Shown: positions 17,635-26,919 of the stretch, piece after piece
Numbering within the stretch: the first letter of the stretch is position 1
Layout of the letters: every line of letters starts with the position of its first letter
Assembly: GCA_029940715.1 (NCBI GenBank)
Contig: JAPYTU010000003.1
Span: 1-40,292 of the forward strand
Direction of reading: 5' to 3'
Origin: Cytophagales bacterium
GTDB lineage: Bacteria > Bacteroidota > Bacteroidia > Cytophagales > MED-G16
DNA: 40,292 nt
The notes under the pieces: model-generated
What the model was told of the DNA's origin: nothing
The model's input: the letters and a program-made list of their open reading frames with translations, nothing else
The model's database searches: none
Position numbers and translations under genes: made by a program

Positions 17635-19158
17635 TTAATTTAATAAACTTTTTCCTGTCATTTCAACAGGTTTTTCAATATTCATCAACTCTAAAACTGT
17701 TGGAGCTATATCTCCTAACTTACCATCTTTCAAACCATTTTTAATATTGTTCGATATCAAAATTAGGGGTACTAGGTTGGTTGTATGATAGGTATGAAGG
17801 CTTCCATCTTCATTAATCATTACCTCAGCATTACCATGATCTGCTGTAACTAATATTTGATAATTATTTTTTAATGCTTTTAAAACTATTTTTTTTAATT
17901 CCATATCTACTTTTTCACAAGCTTGTACAGTAGCTTTAAAATCTCCAGTATGACCAACCATATCAGGATTGGCAAAATTTAGACAAGCAAAATCAAAAGA
18001 TTTATTATTTATTTCTGAAATAAATTTATCACTTAAATCTTCTGCGCTCATTTGAGGTTTTAAATCATAAGTAGGAACACTAGGAGAATTACACAAAATT
18101 CTAGATTCATTCTTAAAAAGAATTTCTCTTCCACCAGAAAAGAAAAAAGTTACGTGAGCATATTTTTCTGTTTCAGCAATTCTAAGTTGTGACTTATTAT
18201 ACTTTTCAAGGACTTCACCTAAAGTATTTTTTAGATTATCCTTACGAAATAACACCTTAGCATTTTCAAGTTTATCATCATAATTTGTCATAGTTAAATA
18301 ATCAATAGTTTTTTTCTCCATTGAATAATCCAAGAAATCATCTTGACTCAAAACATATGAAAGTTGTCTCATCCTATCTGATCTATAGTTAAAAGCAAAT
18401 ACCATATCACCATTTTCAATTTTTCCTAGACAATTATTATTTTCGTCAACACAAACAACAGGCTTTATAAATTCATCTGTAATAGAATTATCATAAGATT
18501 TTTTTATAGAATCAATCAAATTTGTTGAAGATTCTCCCATTCCATTAACTACAGCATCATAAGCTAACTTTATTCTTTCCCACCTATTATCTCTGTCCAT
18601 AGAATAATACCTCCCTGAAACAGTCGCTATTTTAGTATTTGTATTTTTTATATAACCCTGTAATTTTTGAATTTCACTTACCCCCTTATTAGGACTCGCA
18701 TCCCTACCATCTGTAAAAACATGAAGAAATATATTTTTTAATTTTTTATCTTTCAAATAATCTAATATATAATACAAGTGTTTTGAATGAGAATGAACAC
18801 CACCATCTGACAAAAGACCTATCAAATGAAAATTATTACCTTTTTGAATTGCAGAATCAACAGCTTTTACAAATGTTTTATTATTTTTTATGCCCTTATC
18901 TTTTAAAGACTTATTTAATTTTATTAAATCCTGATTAACAATTCTACCCGCTCCTATGTTCATATGCCCTACTTCTGAATTACCCATTTGATTTTTAGGA
19001 AGACCTACCTCAATACCTGATGCTATTAAAGTAGAATTGGGGTATTTTTTAATCATATCATCATAGAATGGTGTATTTGCTGAATGAATAGCTGAGACAC
19101 TAGGGTTGTTACCTAATCCCCAACCATCCATTATTAATAATATAACTTTATCATTCAT
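17635..19158 (-). CDS. gpmI: 2,3-bisphosphoglycerate-independent phosphoglycerate mutase
   Basis: DGWG, MGNSEVGH, DMVGHTG and TADHGN. Confidence 0.97.
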   Translation of the reverse strand: MNDKVILLIMDGWGLGNNPSVSAIHSANTPFYDDMIKKYPNSTLIASGIEVGLPKNQMGNSEVGHMNIGAGRIVNQDLIKLNKSLKDKGIKNNKTFVKAVDSAIQKGNNFHLIGLLSDGGVHSHSKHLYYILDYLKDKKLKNIFLHVFTDGRDASPNKGVSEIQKLQGYIKNTNTKIATVSGRYYSMDRDNRWERIKLAYDAVVNGMGESSTNLIDSIKKSYDNSITDEFIKPVVCVDENNNCLGKIENGDMVFAFNYRSDRMRQLSYVLSQDDFLDYSMEKKTIDYLTMTNYDDKLENAKVLFRKDNLKNTLGEVLEKYNKSQLRIAETEKYAHVTFFFSGGREILFKNESRILCNSPSVPTYDLKPQMSAEDLSDKFISEINNKSFDFACLNFANPDMVGHTGDFKATVQACEKVDMELKKIVLKALKNNYQILVTADHGNAEVMINEDGSLHTYHTTNLVPLILISNNIKNGLKDGKLGDIAPTVLELMNIEKPVEMTGKSLLN

Positions 19159-19163
19159 TTGGG

Positions 19164-19171
19164 CAAAAATA
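19164..19171 (-). promoter_or_regulatory. -7 promoter element TATTTTTG for gpmI
   Basis: Exact TAnnTTTG, 5 nt before the ATG. Confidence 0.6.
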
Positions 19172-19219
19172 ATTATAGAGAACTAGGTTTTTATATTATT
19201 TATTAAAAGATTTAAATAT

Positions 19220-19597
19220 ATGATTAAACTGGCTTACCTATTGACTTCTTTTTTATTTATAATAAGCACCACTTCTTTAGAGGATATAATTAATGCATTG
19301 TCCATTCAAAATGCAGAAGAAATAATAAATCAACTTGATAAAAATAGCGATATAATAATAAACGATAAAAAAATTTCAGGAAGTAAATCTGAAGTAATTA
19401 GAAGTTTGAATCAATTTTTTGACAAAAATAATTTTAACGAATTAAAAATTATTCATTCTGGCAATTCAGAAAATAATATAATTTACTTACTTGGTGAGTA
19501 CATTTCTAATGACGACCTTTACAAGGTTTTAGCATTAATTAAAAAAAATAGTAATAATCATACAATTCAAAAATTAACTATTAGTAAAAAAGAATGA
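19220..19597 (+). CDS. DUF4783 domain-containing protein
   Basis: Signal-like N-terminus, L..FF..N....F/L.IIHSG pattern and size. Divergent from gpmI. Confidence 0.6.
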   Translation: MIKLAYLLTSFLFIISTTSLEDIINALSIQNAEEIINQLDKNSDIIINDKKISGSKSEVIRSLNQFFDKNNFNELKIIHSGNSENNIIYLLGEYISNDDLYKVLALIKKNSNNHTIQKLTISKKE

Positions 19598-20073
19598 TTG
19601 TAAGGACAAAAAAATTTCAAGTAAATAAAGGTGCATATATAAAAAAAGGGTTCTTAAATCTTTTAATAGAGCAATGGTGGATTAGTTTAATTTATCTAGC
19701 AATCTGTTCGATACATTATCTTTGGATTCCTTCAATTTGGTGGATAATAGGTGCTTCAATAGCACTTGTTTTGTATCTATTATTTTGGCTAATTCAATTT
19801 ATTGGCCTGACGCAATTAGAACAAGGGAAATACATGTTTGAAAGATTATCATATGAAATTTCAAGCAATCAGATATTAATGAAAATTAATACAAAACAAG
19901 GTATGCCTATAAAATGGAATACAGTTAAAAAAGTTAAAATTCAAAAAGATGGATTTCTTTTTAAATTAAACAAAGTTCAATTAATACTTTTTCCTTTTAA
20001 AGTATTTAATTCTGACAACGAAATCAGATTTGTCAAAAGCATACTGAATAGAAAAGGATATGTCTCCTACTAA
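19594..20073 (+). CDS. YcxB-family membrane protein
   Basis: Two TM helices, then a soluble domain with GMPIKW..V.KV and LILFPFKVF. Confidence 0.7.
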   Translation: MIVRTKKFQVNKGAYIKKGFLNLLIEQWWISLIYLAICSIHYLWIPSIWWIIGASIALVLYLLFWLIQFIGLTQLEQGKYMFERLSYEISSNQILMKINTKQGMPIKWNTVKKVKIQKDGFLFKLNKVQLILFPFKVFNSDNEIRFVKSILNRKGYVSY

Positions 20074-20521
20074 AGATAATTTTCAAAAATCAGCTCTAAA
20101 TAAAATAATAAATTATTGTAATTATAGAGATCGTTCCATTAAAGAAATAAAAATAAAATTAGTGGATTTAAGTTATTCAATTGAAATAATTGATTCTGCA
20201 ATATCACAAGCTATAAAATTAGGAATCGTTGATAATTTTAGATTTTCAAAGTCTTTTTCAAGAGGAAAAAATCAAAAAAATCGTTGGGGAAAAATAAAAA
20301 TAGCATATGAACTAAAAAATAAAGGATTAAACAACAAAGAAATCACATTTGGCATTGAAAGTATAGAAGAAAAAACATACTATAAAGTCTTAATGAAATC
20401 TATTGAAGTCTATAAAAGAAAATCTAAAAATTTTGAAAAAAACAAACTGATAACCCACCTAATTAATAAAGGGTATGAAACATCACTTGTTATTAATACA
20501 ATAAAAAAATTAAATTTCTAA
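20060..20521 (+). CDS. recX: Regulatory protein RecX
   Basis: YCNYRDRS..EI..KL, RWGK.KI..EL..KG and KL..HL..KGYE. Confidence 0.88.
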   Translation: MSPTKDNFQKSALNKIINYCNYRDRSIKEIKIKLVDLSYSIEIIDSAISQAIKLGIVDNFRFSKSFSRGKNQKNRWGKIKIAYELKNKGLNNKEITFGIESIEEKTYYKVLMKSIEVYKRKSKNFEKNKLITHLINKGYETSLVINTIKKLNF

Positions 20522-21694
20522 CTATTTAGACTTCAAATTTTTAATAAAAAGAGCAAAAGATCTGATTATTAAAATTAATATTATAATTATCAGAGAATTA
20601 TTAAATTCTTGTGGCAAGAGATCCCATAATATTAATAAAACAATTAATGATGAAGAATAATATAGCATATAATAATGTAGGGCCTTTTTAAATCTTTTAG
20701 AATGTAGAATAAATGGAATTATAAAATTTAAGGGTGATGCCCAAATAATATTATAGTTATTTGAAGAAAGATGATCTGTAAAAAACCATAAATAAATAAT
20801 TAAAAATCCTACTAATCCCGAAATAGTAAAGAGTAATAAATCAAAGTATTTATACCTTAACTCATATTTAAATTCTCTAAACGTAATAATTAATGTAATG
20901 ATTAATAAAAATAAAAAAACATTTAATGGAGAAAATAAATTTCTTGCACTCTGTGCATTACTATTATCTATTTCAATTGTATTTACAACCAATTCACTTC
21001 CATCAGAAAGTTTTGCATCAGAAAATGAATTAAATAAAAAATCGGGTAAAAACATTGATGAATAATAATCAGATTTAATATCAATTTCTGAACCTAAACA
21101 TATGTCTATACCCAAATCTCCCCACATTTGTTCATCTAAATATAGATCCATCAAATTTCTAATAGATAAAACTGAAGAGTCTTTTTGATAAATTATGTTT
21201 TGTTCCAAAATATTTTCTAAAATATCTCGAATTTTAGTAGCACAATTATTATACACATAATTGTACAAATAATATTTATTTTCATTTTTTATATTATTTT
21301 CTAAATAATAATACAGTTCATTTTTTTGAGAATTTGAAAGATTTAAAACCTGTTCTTTAATGAATCTATTTTCAATTATATAATGTCTTTCTACGGAACC
21401 ATAATCAAACTTACCAACCATGTATAACAATTTTCCATTTAAAAAATTTGTATAAAAATTTGGTTGATCAAAATCAAATAAACCATAATTATAAAAACTA
21501 TTAACCCCTAAACTATCATCTTTATGTCTTATTCCACTATGTCCAAATGCACTATATAATTCTTTTTGCATGGGTCCAATTGTAATAACAGAAAATTGAG
21601 AATTGGATGATACATTTTTTTGAGAATAAGCAAAACATACCTCTTGACATAAAATGCATAAAAAAATAAAACATAAAATAACCTTATTTCCCAT
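20522..21694 (-). CDS. DUF4105 membrane protein (Lnb-type lipoprotein N-acyltransferase family)
   Basis: FGHSGIR, YNYGLFDF, NNCATKIRD and MFLP motifs, with C-terminal TM helices. Confidence 0.8.
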   Translation of the reverse strand: MGNKVILCFIFLCILCQEVCFAYSQKNVSSNSQFSVITIGPMQKELYSAFGHSGIRHKDDSLGVNSFYNYGLFDFDQPNFYTNFLNGKLLYMVGKFDYGSVERHYIIENRFIKEQVLNLSNSQKNELYYYLENNIKNENKYYLYNYVYNNCATKIRDILENILEQNIIYQKDSSVLSIRNLMDLYLDEQMWGDLGIDICLGSEIDIKSDYYSSMFLPDFLFNSFSDAKLSDGSELVVNTIEIDNSNAQSARNLFSPLNVFLFLLIITLIITFREFKYELRYKYFDLLLFTISGLVGFLIIYLWFFTDHLSSNNYNIIWASPLNFIIPFILHSKRFKKALHYYMLYYSSSLIVLLILWDLLPQEFNNSLIIIILILIIRSFALFIKNLKSK

Positions 21695-22361
21695 CTATTA
21701 TTAAAACAATTTCTCCTTTAATGATTCTGGTTTCAAAACTAATAAACAATTCCTCAAGAGTTCCCCTTTTATTTTCTTGATATATTTTTGTTAATTCTCG
21801 AGACACTGATGCCTTTCTGTCTTTACCAAAAAATATAATTAATTCTTTTAACGTCTTTAGAATTCTTTTTGGTGATTCATAAATAATAATGGTTCTCTTT
21901 TCATTACTTAATAATTCTAATCTTTTTTTTCTTCCTTTTTTGGTCGGTAAAAATCCTTCAAAAATAAATCTATCCGAAGAAATTCCTGAATTTACAAGAG
22001 CAGGAACAAAAGCAGTTGCCCCAGGGAGACAATCAATTTCTATATTATTTTTTATAGCTTCTCTAATAATTAAAAATCCAGGATCTGATATTGATGGAGT
22101 ACCTGCATCTGATATTAAAGATATGATTTTTCCAGATAAAACTTCATCAATATATTTTTTTACAACTTTATGTTCATTAAAAGAATGATAAGAAAACAAA
22201 GACTTTTTTATATTATACCTATCCAATAATTTTCTAGATACCCTTGTATCTTCACATAATATATAATCAGAATTTTTTAATGTTTTAATCGATCTGTAAG
22301 TAATATCTTCTAAATTTCCTATCGGAGTTGGAACAACAAATAACACAAACTTATCTTTCAT
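21684..22361 (-). CDS. rsmI: 16S rRNA (cytidine1402-2'-O)-methyltransferase
   Basis: VPTPIGNLEDIT, EDTR, SDAGTPSISDPG and RELTK. Confidence 0.96.
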   Translation of the reverse strand: MKDKFVLFVVPTPIGNLEDITYRSIKTLKNSDYILCEDTRVSRKLLDRYNIKKSLFSYHSFNEHKVVKKYIDEVLSGKIISLISDAGTPSISDPGFLIIREAIKNNIEIDCLPGATAFVPALVNSGISSDRFIFEGFLPTKKGRKKRLELLSNEKRTIIIYESPKRILKTLKELIIFFGKDRKASVSRELTKIYQENKRGTLEELFISFETRIIKGEIVLIIDGK

Positions 22362-22588
22362 AGTAACTCATCAATGGCCTTTGCTAAATCATAATCTTTT
22401 TTAGACACCTTATTCCCAATATCATGAGTTGATAATTTAATTGTTACCTTATTATAAACATTAATAATTTCAGGGTGATGATCTAATTTTTCAGAAATTA
22501 AAGCAACCTTAGATAAAAATGAAAAAGCAGAAATAAAATCTTTAAAAGAGAAATGTTTAACTAATTTATTGTTTTCTTCTATCCACAT
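22358..22588 (-). CDS. Pterin-4a-carbinolamine dehydratase
   Basis: F.FKDF..AF.F, DHHP and LSTHD. Confidence 0.9.
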   Translation of the reverse strand: MWIEENNKLVKHFSFKDFISAFSFLSKVALISEKLDHHPEIINVYNKVTIKLSTHDIGNKVSKKDYDLAKAIDELL

Positions 22589-22589
22589 A

Positions 22590-22847
22590 TTATAAAGAAA
22601 TTATGCTATTAATTTTAGCTGCCTCATCATAAATATAAACTATTTCATCAGCACTCTTCATAATTGAGGATAAGGTAATAGAGACATATTTGCCTTTTTT
22701 AGAAATTTTAATATTTTTTTTTGCTTCAGGAAGAAGACTAATCACATCTTCTTTAGAATCATTTGTAACTATAAATTTAAATGAATATTCACAAGGAAAA
22801 TTATACTCTTGATCAAGAGTCTTTTTAAAACTTTCAATGTTATTCAT
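22590..22847 (-). CDS. DUF493 (YbeD-like) protein
   Basis: FP..Y.FKFIV, SKKGKYVSIT and C-terminal IISL. Confidence 0.85.
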   Translation of the reverse strand: MNNIESFKKTLDQEYNFPCEYSFKFIVTNDSKEDVISLLPEAKKNIKISKKGKYVSITLSSIMKSADEIVYIYDEAAKINSIISL

Positions 22848-22852
22848 TTTTT

Positions 22853-24940
22853 TTAAAAGAATTTATATCTATAATCTTCAATAGAAGAAAATTCTTTTAT
22901 AGCATTATCAATTCGAAAGGGAGTTGATAATTGATTAGCTTGTAGTAGAGAACTAGAATAGTCTGAATAATTTTCAATAGAATCCGCAACAATAAAACCA
23001 TTTAAACCCATTACAATAATCCCCTCATCATTCATAAATGGTCTAGTTAATTCTCCCACTTCCATTGAAAATGCTATTCCTATAGCTTCAGGAGAATACC
23101 CAACATTAGATAAAGAATTCGTTGTAAAATCTAAAGTATTCATATTATAAATTTTTCCTTTATTGTTTAATTGTGTCAAATCAAATAAAGATTTATAATC
23201 TGATAATTTATTTGAAACGTACTCAAATTTCTTATTATTTAATATTTTTTTGGTTATAGAATTTTTAACATCATCTAAATTCTTAGTTCCTTTTTCTTTA
23301 ATATCAGATACAATTGCAATAGCATAACCATCATCCATTTCTATAACATCTGAAATTGAATGCAATGAAGCATTATCACTATATACCCAAATAATTATGG
23401 ACCTTGAATTATTTAAATCTGCTATTTTTTTATCATTTTTATTTAAATTATTAGAAGAAAGCATTTTATAATTACTCTCTTTAACATTCTTTATAAATGA
23501 TTCTTTATTGTCCACCTGTGATCTAAATAATTCTGATTCTCTATAAACAAAGTTTTTAGTATAATCACTAGGAACAAGCACTTTTACAATCGTAGAAACA
23601 TAATAAGACAGATTAGTTTTTGTATTACTCACATAAATTAAATGATAGCCAAATTCTGACTCTATAATTCTAGGAATTAGACCTGTTTTGGACCTTGAAA
23701 AAACCGCGTTTTGAAATGGGAGAACCATAGTTCCTTCAGTAAACCAACCTAAATCTCCACCATTAGAAGCAGAGCCATCCTGGCTATACATTCTTGCTGT
23801 TTCTTCAAAATTACTTCCATTTTTTAATAAATTTAAAACTCTTTGAGCTTCTTCTCTAACTTCTAACTTAGGAGTCACATCAAATTTAAAAAGTATATGT
23901 TTAGCTCTAGCACTATATTTATTTTCTTCAACTATTTCAGATAATTTATTAACAATAAAATTTCCATTTTGAAATTTAACATCAGAAACATATCCCACTT
24001 CTTTATTTTGCAATTCAACAGGAAGCTCATCTATTTTATAATTAACATACGCATTTAATTCATCTGAATTAACCACTGAAAAAGTAGAATCATCTAATAC
24101 CTCGGATAAAAAACTATTTTTAATTCTTTCCATTTCATTAAAAATATATATTGAATCATCTTTTGAAGGAGTTAATGGAAAAAAAATGTAATCAATCGAT
24201 CTAGATTCGCTTTGAATGTAATCTTCTTTATTTTTTTTCAAATAATTTTTCAGCTCAACAGTAGAAATCTCAAATAAAGAATCTTCAACTTCATAAAAAG
24301 GTATAAAAAAATATGATAAATCAATTTTATTATTTGAATTGTAGTATTCCTTTTTTGATTCTAAAACATTAACATTAACAGTTAAAGACATTAAGTTTTC
24401 ATACTTAGACCTCATGCGCATTGGTTTAAGATTTTTTTCAAATGCATACCATGCTTCTTGTTGATTCAAAGGCTGAGAACTAAGAGATTGGAGATAAGAA
24501 ATAACATTTTGAGGACTAAATACATTTGTATTGGGATCAGTAAAGGCTTGCCTTACCATAGGATGAATATTACTTCCTTGAACCATATCAACAACCTCAT
24601 TAGTTGAAACATCTATTCCAAGTTTAAAATATTCTTCTCTATAACTAATATCATCAATTAACCTTTGCCAAACCTGATCTCTAATTGATTCTATCTCAAA
24701 AGCTTCGGGTGATCTTCCATTATTTAGAGAAAAATTATAAGATAGCTCCTCAAACAATGATTGATACAACAGATAATTAACATCTTCTCCATTAATTTCA
24801 GCAATTATATTATTTTGACCATTAAATGCTTGATTATTTGGACCAAGTATATCGCCCAAAACAAAGGCAGCAATTGAAAAACCAACTACAAAGACAAGAA
24901 ATTTGCCCATTTTATTTCTAAGTGTACTTATTATTGCCAT
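22853..24940 (-). CDS. Membrane-anchored SurA-N/parvulin peptidyl-prolyl isomerase (PpiD-like)
   Basis: N-terminal anchor (AFVLGD) and parvulin motifs ARAKHIL, GGDLGWF..G.MV..F and ESEFGYH. Confidence 0.9.
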   Translation of the reverse strand: MAIISTLRNKMGKFLVFVVGFSIAAFVLGDILGPNNQAFNGQNNIIAEINGEDVNYLLYQSLFEELSYNFSLNNGRSPEAFEIESIRDQVWQRLIDDISYREEYFKLGIDVSTNEVVDMVQGSNIHPMVRQAFTDPNTNVFSPQNVISYLQSLSSQPLNQQEAWYAFEKNLKPMRMRSKYENLMSLTVNVNVLESKKEYYNSNNKIDLSYFFIPFYEVEDSLFEISTVELKNYLKKNKEDYIQSESRSIDYIFFPLTPSKDDSIYIFNEMERIKNSFLSEVLDDSTFSVVNSDELNAYVNYKIDELPVELQNKEVGYVSDVKFQNGNFIVNKLSEIVEENKYSARAKHILFKFDVTPKLEVREEAQRVLNLLKNGSNFEETARMYSQDGSASNGGDLGWFTEGTMVLPFQNAVFSRSKTGLIPRIIESEFGYHLIYVSNTKTNLSYYVSTIVKVLVPSDYTKNFVYRESELFRSQVDNKESFIKNVKESNYKMLSSNNLNKNDKKIADLNNSRSIIIWVYSDNASLHSISDVIEMDDGYAIAIVSDIKEKGTKNLDDVKNSITKKILNNKKFEYVSNKLSDYKSLFDLTQLNNKGKIYNMNTLDFTTNSLSNVGYSPEAIGIAFSMEVGELTRPFMNDEGIIVMGLNGFIVADSIENYSDYSSSLLQANQLSTPFRIDNAIKEFSSIEDYRYKFF

Positions 24941-24958
24941 AAAATAAATTTAGGAAGC

Positions 24959-24966
24959 CAAAATTA
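24959..24966 (-). promoter_or_regulatory. -7 promoter element TAATTTTG for the PpiD-like gene
   Basis: Exact TAnnTTTG, 18 nt before the ATG. Confidence 0.55.
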
Positions 24967-24984
24967 AATTTTTATATCTAATTA

Positions 24985-26244
24985 TTATACATTCTCTTTA
25001 AAAAAAACACTATCTATTCTATTATCATTCATAGATAGTATTTTGATTAAATAATTATCAAATTTTATTATTTCACCTTTCTTAGGAAGATTTTTATTAA
25101 AATCAAGAATAAATCCACCTAATGTGTCATATTCTCCAACAGGTATTTTAAAATTATATTTTGAATTTAAATATTTGATTTCTAATCTAGCACTAAAATT
25201 ATAATCATTGTTATTTACTTTATTTTCTAATAATACATCATCATCAAATTCATCTATAATTTCTCCGAAAATCTCTTCTATTATATCTTCTAAAGTTAAA
25301 ATGCCAGAAGTTCCACCATATTCATCTATTACTACTGCTATGTTAATTTGTTCAGACATAAATTTAAAAAGAATTTCACTCGCCAAATTAGTTTCATTAA
25401 TAAATGTTATTGGTCTTATAATTTCTTTAATTGTTTTTGGATTATCAAATAGTGATAAACAATGACAATACCCTATAATGTGATCTATTGAAGATTTATA
25501 AATTATAATTTTTGAAAATCCCGATTCATCAATTATATTTTTCAATTCTAAAATTGAAGCTTTCTCATCTACAGAAATACTATCAGTTCTTGGAATCATA
25601 CAATCTCTAACTTTTACAGTTTTAAGAGCCAAGGCATTATTAAAAAATTCTGTAACATTTTTAGATTGAATTTCTTTATCATTAACTACTACTCTTTTTA
25701 TATAATCATTTAAATCCGTTAACTTAAATACTACTTTTTTATCTGAATAATCTTGATTTAAAATTTTAATTATAAACCATTTAGAAAAGATCATTACAAC
25801 TTTAACCACTGGATATAGAATTAAATAAATAATCAACAAAGGGATCGAAAATGTTATTAATAATTTATCAGGATTTATTAAAAAGATACTTTTTGGAATA
25901 TATTCTGCAGTAATTAAAACAATTACTGTAGAAACTAATGTCTGAATAATTAATATTAAAATATCATTATGAATAAAACTCAACATTGGCTCTAGAAGTT
26001 GAGCCATTACCAAACCATACATAACAAGAGATAAATTATTTCCTATTAACATAGTTGCAATCAATTCAGAATTATTTCTCTTGAAAAGAGAAAATATTTT
26101 ACCAAAAACATTTTTCGATTTAGATTTAATTTCAAAATTTAATTTATTTCTAGATATATAAGCTATCTCTAAACCAGAAAAAAATGCAGAAAATAACAAA
26201 CATACAACAATGAGAACAACCTGTATTTCTATGGTATTTATCAT
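24985..26244 (-). CDS. CNNM/HlyC-CorC family transporter (DUF21-CBS-CorC)
   Basis: SAFFSGLEIA, AEYIPK, MIPR, VIDEYGGTSG..TLEDIIEEIFGEI.DE and TLGG. Confidence 0.93.
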   Translation of the reverse strand: MINTIEIQVVLIVVCLLFSAFFSGLEIAYISRNKLNFEIKSKSKNVFGKIFSLFKRNNSELIATMLIGNNLSLVMYGLVMAQLLEPMLSFIHNDILILIIQTLVSTVIVLITAEYIPKSIFLINPDKLLITFSIPLLIIYLILYPVVKVVMIFSKWFIIKILNQDYSDKKVVFKLTDLNDYIKRVVVNDKEIQSKNVTEFFNNALALKTVKVRDCMIPRTDSISVDEKASILELKNIIDESGFSKIIIYKSSIDHIIGYCHCLSLFDNPKTIKEIIRPITFINETNLASEILFKFMSEQINIAVVIDEYGGTSGILTLEDIIEEIFGEIIDEFDDDVLLENKVNNNDYNFSARLEIKYLNSKYNFKIPVGEYDTLGGFILDFNKNLPKKGEIIKFDNYLIKILSMNDNRIDSVFFKENV

Positions 26245-26390
26245 CTATTAATTAATTTAGAGAGAAACAAAAACAGAAAAGAAATCATGAAAAATTCATA
26301 AGAATTTAAAAAATCAAATTTAATAAAAACATAAACTCCAACTAAAAAAAAGATTGTACCAACTATGAATAAAAAATATTTAATTTTCAT
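26241..26390 (-). CDS. Small 49-aa two-TM membrane protein (not in ORF track)
   Basis: MKIKYFLFIVGTIFFLVGVYVFIKFDFLNSYEFFMISFLFLFLSKLINR*. Its start overlaps the lptC end and its TGA overlaps the next ATG (ATGA), so it fills the gap exactly. Confidence 0.7.
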   Translation of the reverse strand: MKIKYFLFIVGTIFFLVGVYVFIKFDFLNSYEFFMISFLFLFLSKLINR

Positions 26391-26904
26391 CAATTTCAAT
26401 TGTTCCAGTAGGTATCAAAATTTTATAATTAGAAAAATCTTGATTTGATTCCATTCCTTCTCCACTATGGATTTCATTATTAGTTTTTATGGTAACAAAT
26501 TTCTGTGTTTCAAATTTTTCATCATTTGGATACCAAAATAATTCTTCAGTTCTTAATTCATCATTCGACTCTAGATTAAATAATATAACATTTCCTGATG
26601 CTATATAATAATTATCATCACTATACTTTATAACATGATTAGCTTTAAAATTTGCAATCAAAATATCAGATGATTTTGAATATATTTCCATGAATAAACC
26701 ATTGGGATAAATCTCGTCTCCATTATCTAATACTTGATAAAGATCTGAAATAAGCTTCAATCTAATTTTTGCCGAATCACTTAAAAAAGTATTGAGATTT
26801 TCAATTTCTAATATAGGACCCTCGTAATCTTCCTGAATATTTTGAAGAGACTGGGTATTACAAGCAACAAAAAAATAAAAAAAAAATATCAAATATCTTA
26901 TCAT
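26380..26904 (-). CDS. lptC: LPS export periplasmic protein LptC (lipoprotein)
   Basis: Lipobox FVAC, SDSA, YP.G, GNV, L.TEELFW and G.G.ESNQDF, in typical context. Confidence 0.85.
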   Translation of the reverse strand: MIRYLIFFFYFFVACNTQSLQNIQEDYEGPILEIENLNTFLSDSAKIRLKLISDLYQVLDNGDEIYPNGLFMEIYSKSSDILIANFKANHVIKYSDDNYYIASGNVILFNLESNDELRTEELFWYPNDEKFETQKFVTIKTNNEIHSGEGMESNQDFSNYKILIPTGTIEIDEN

Positions 26905-26919
26905 TAATAAATAAGAAAA

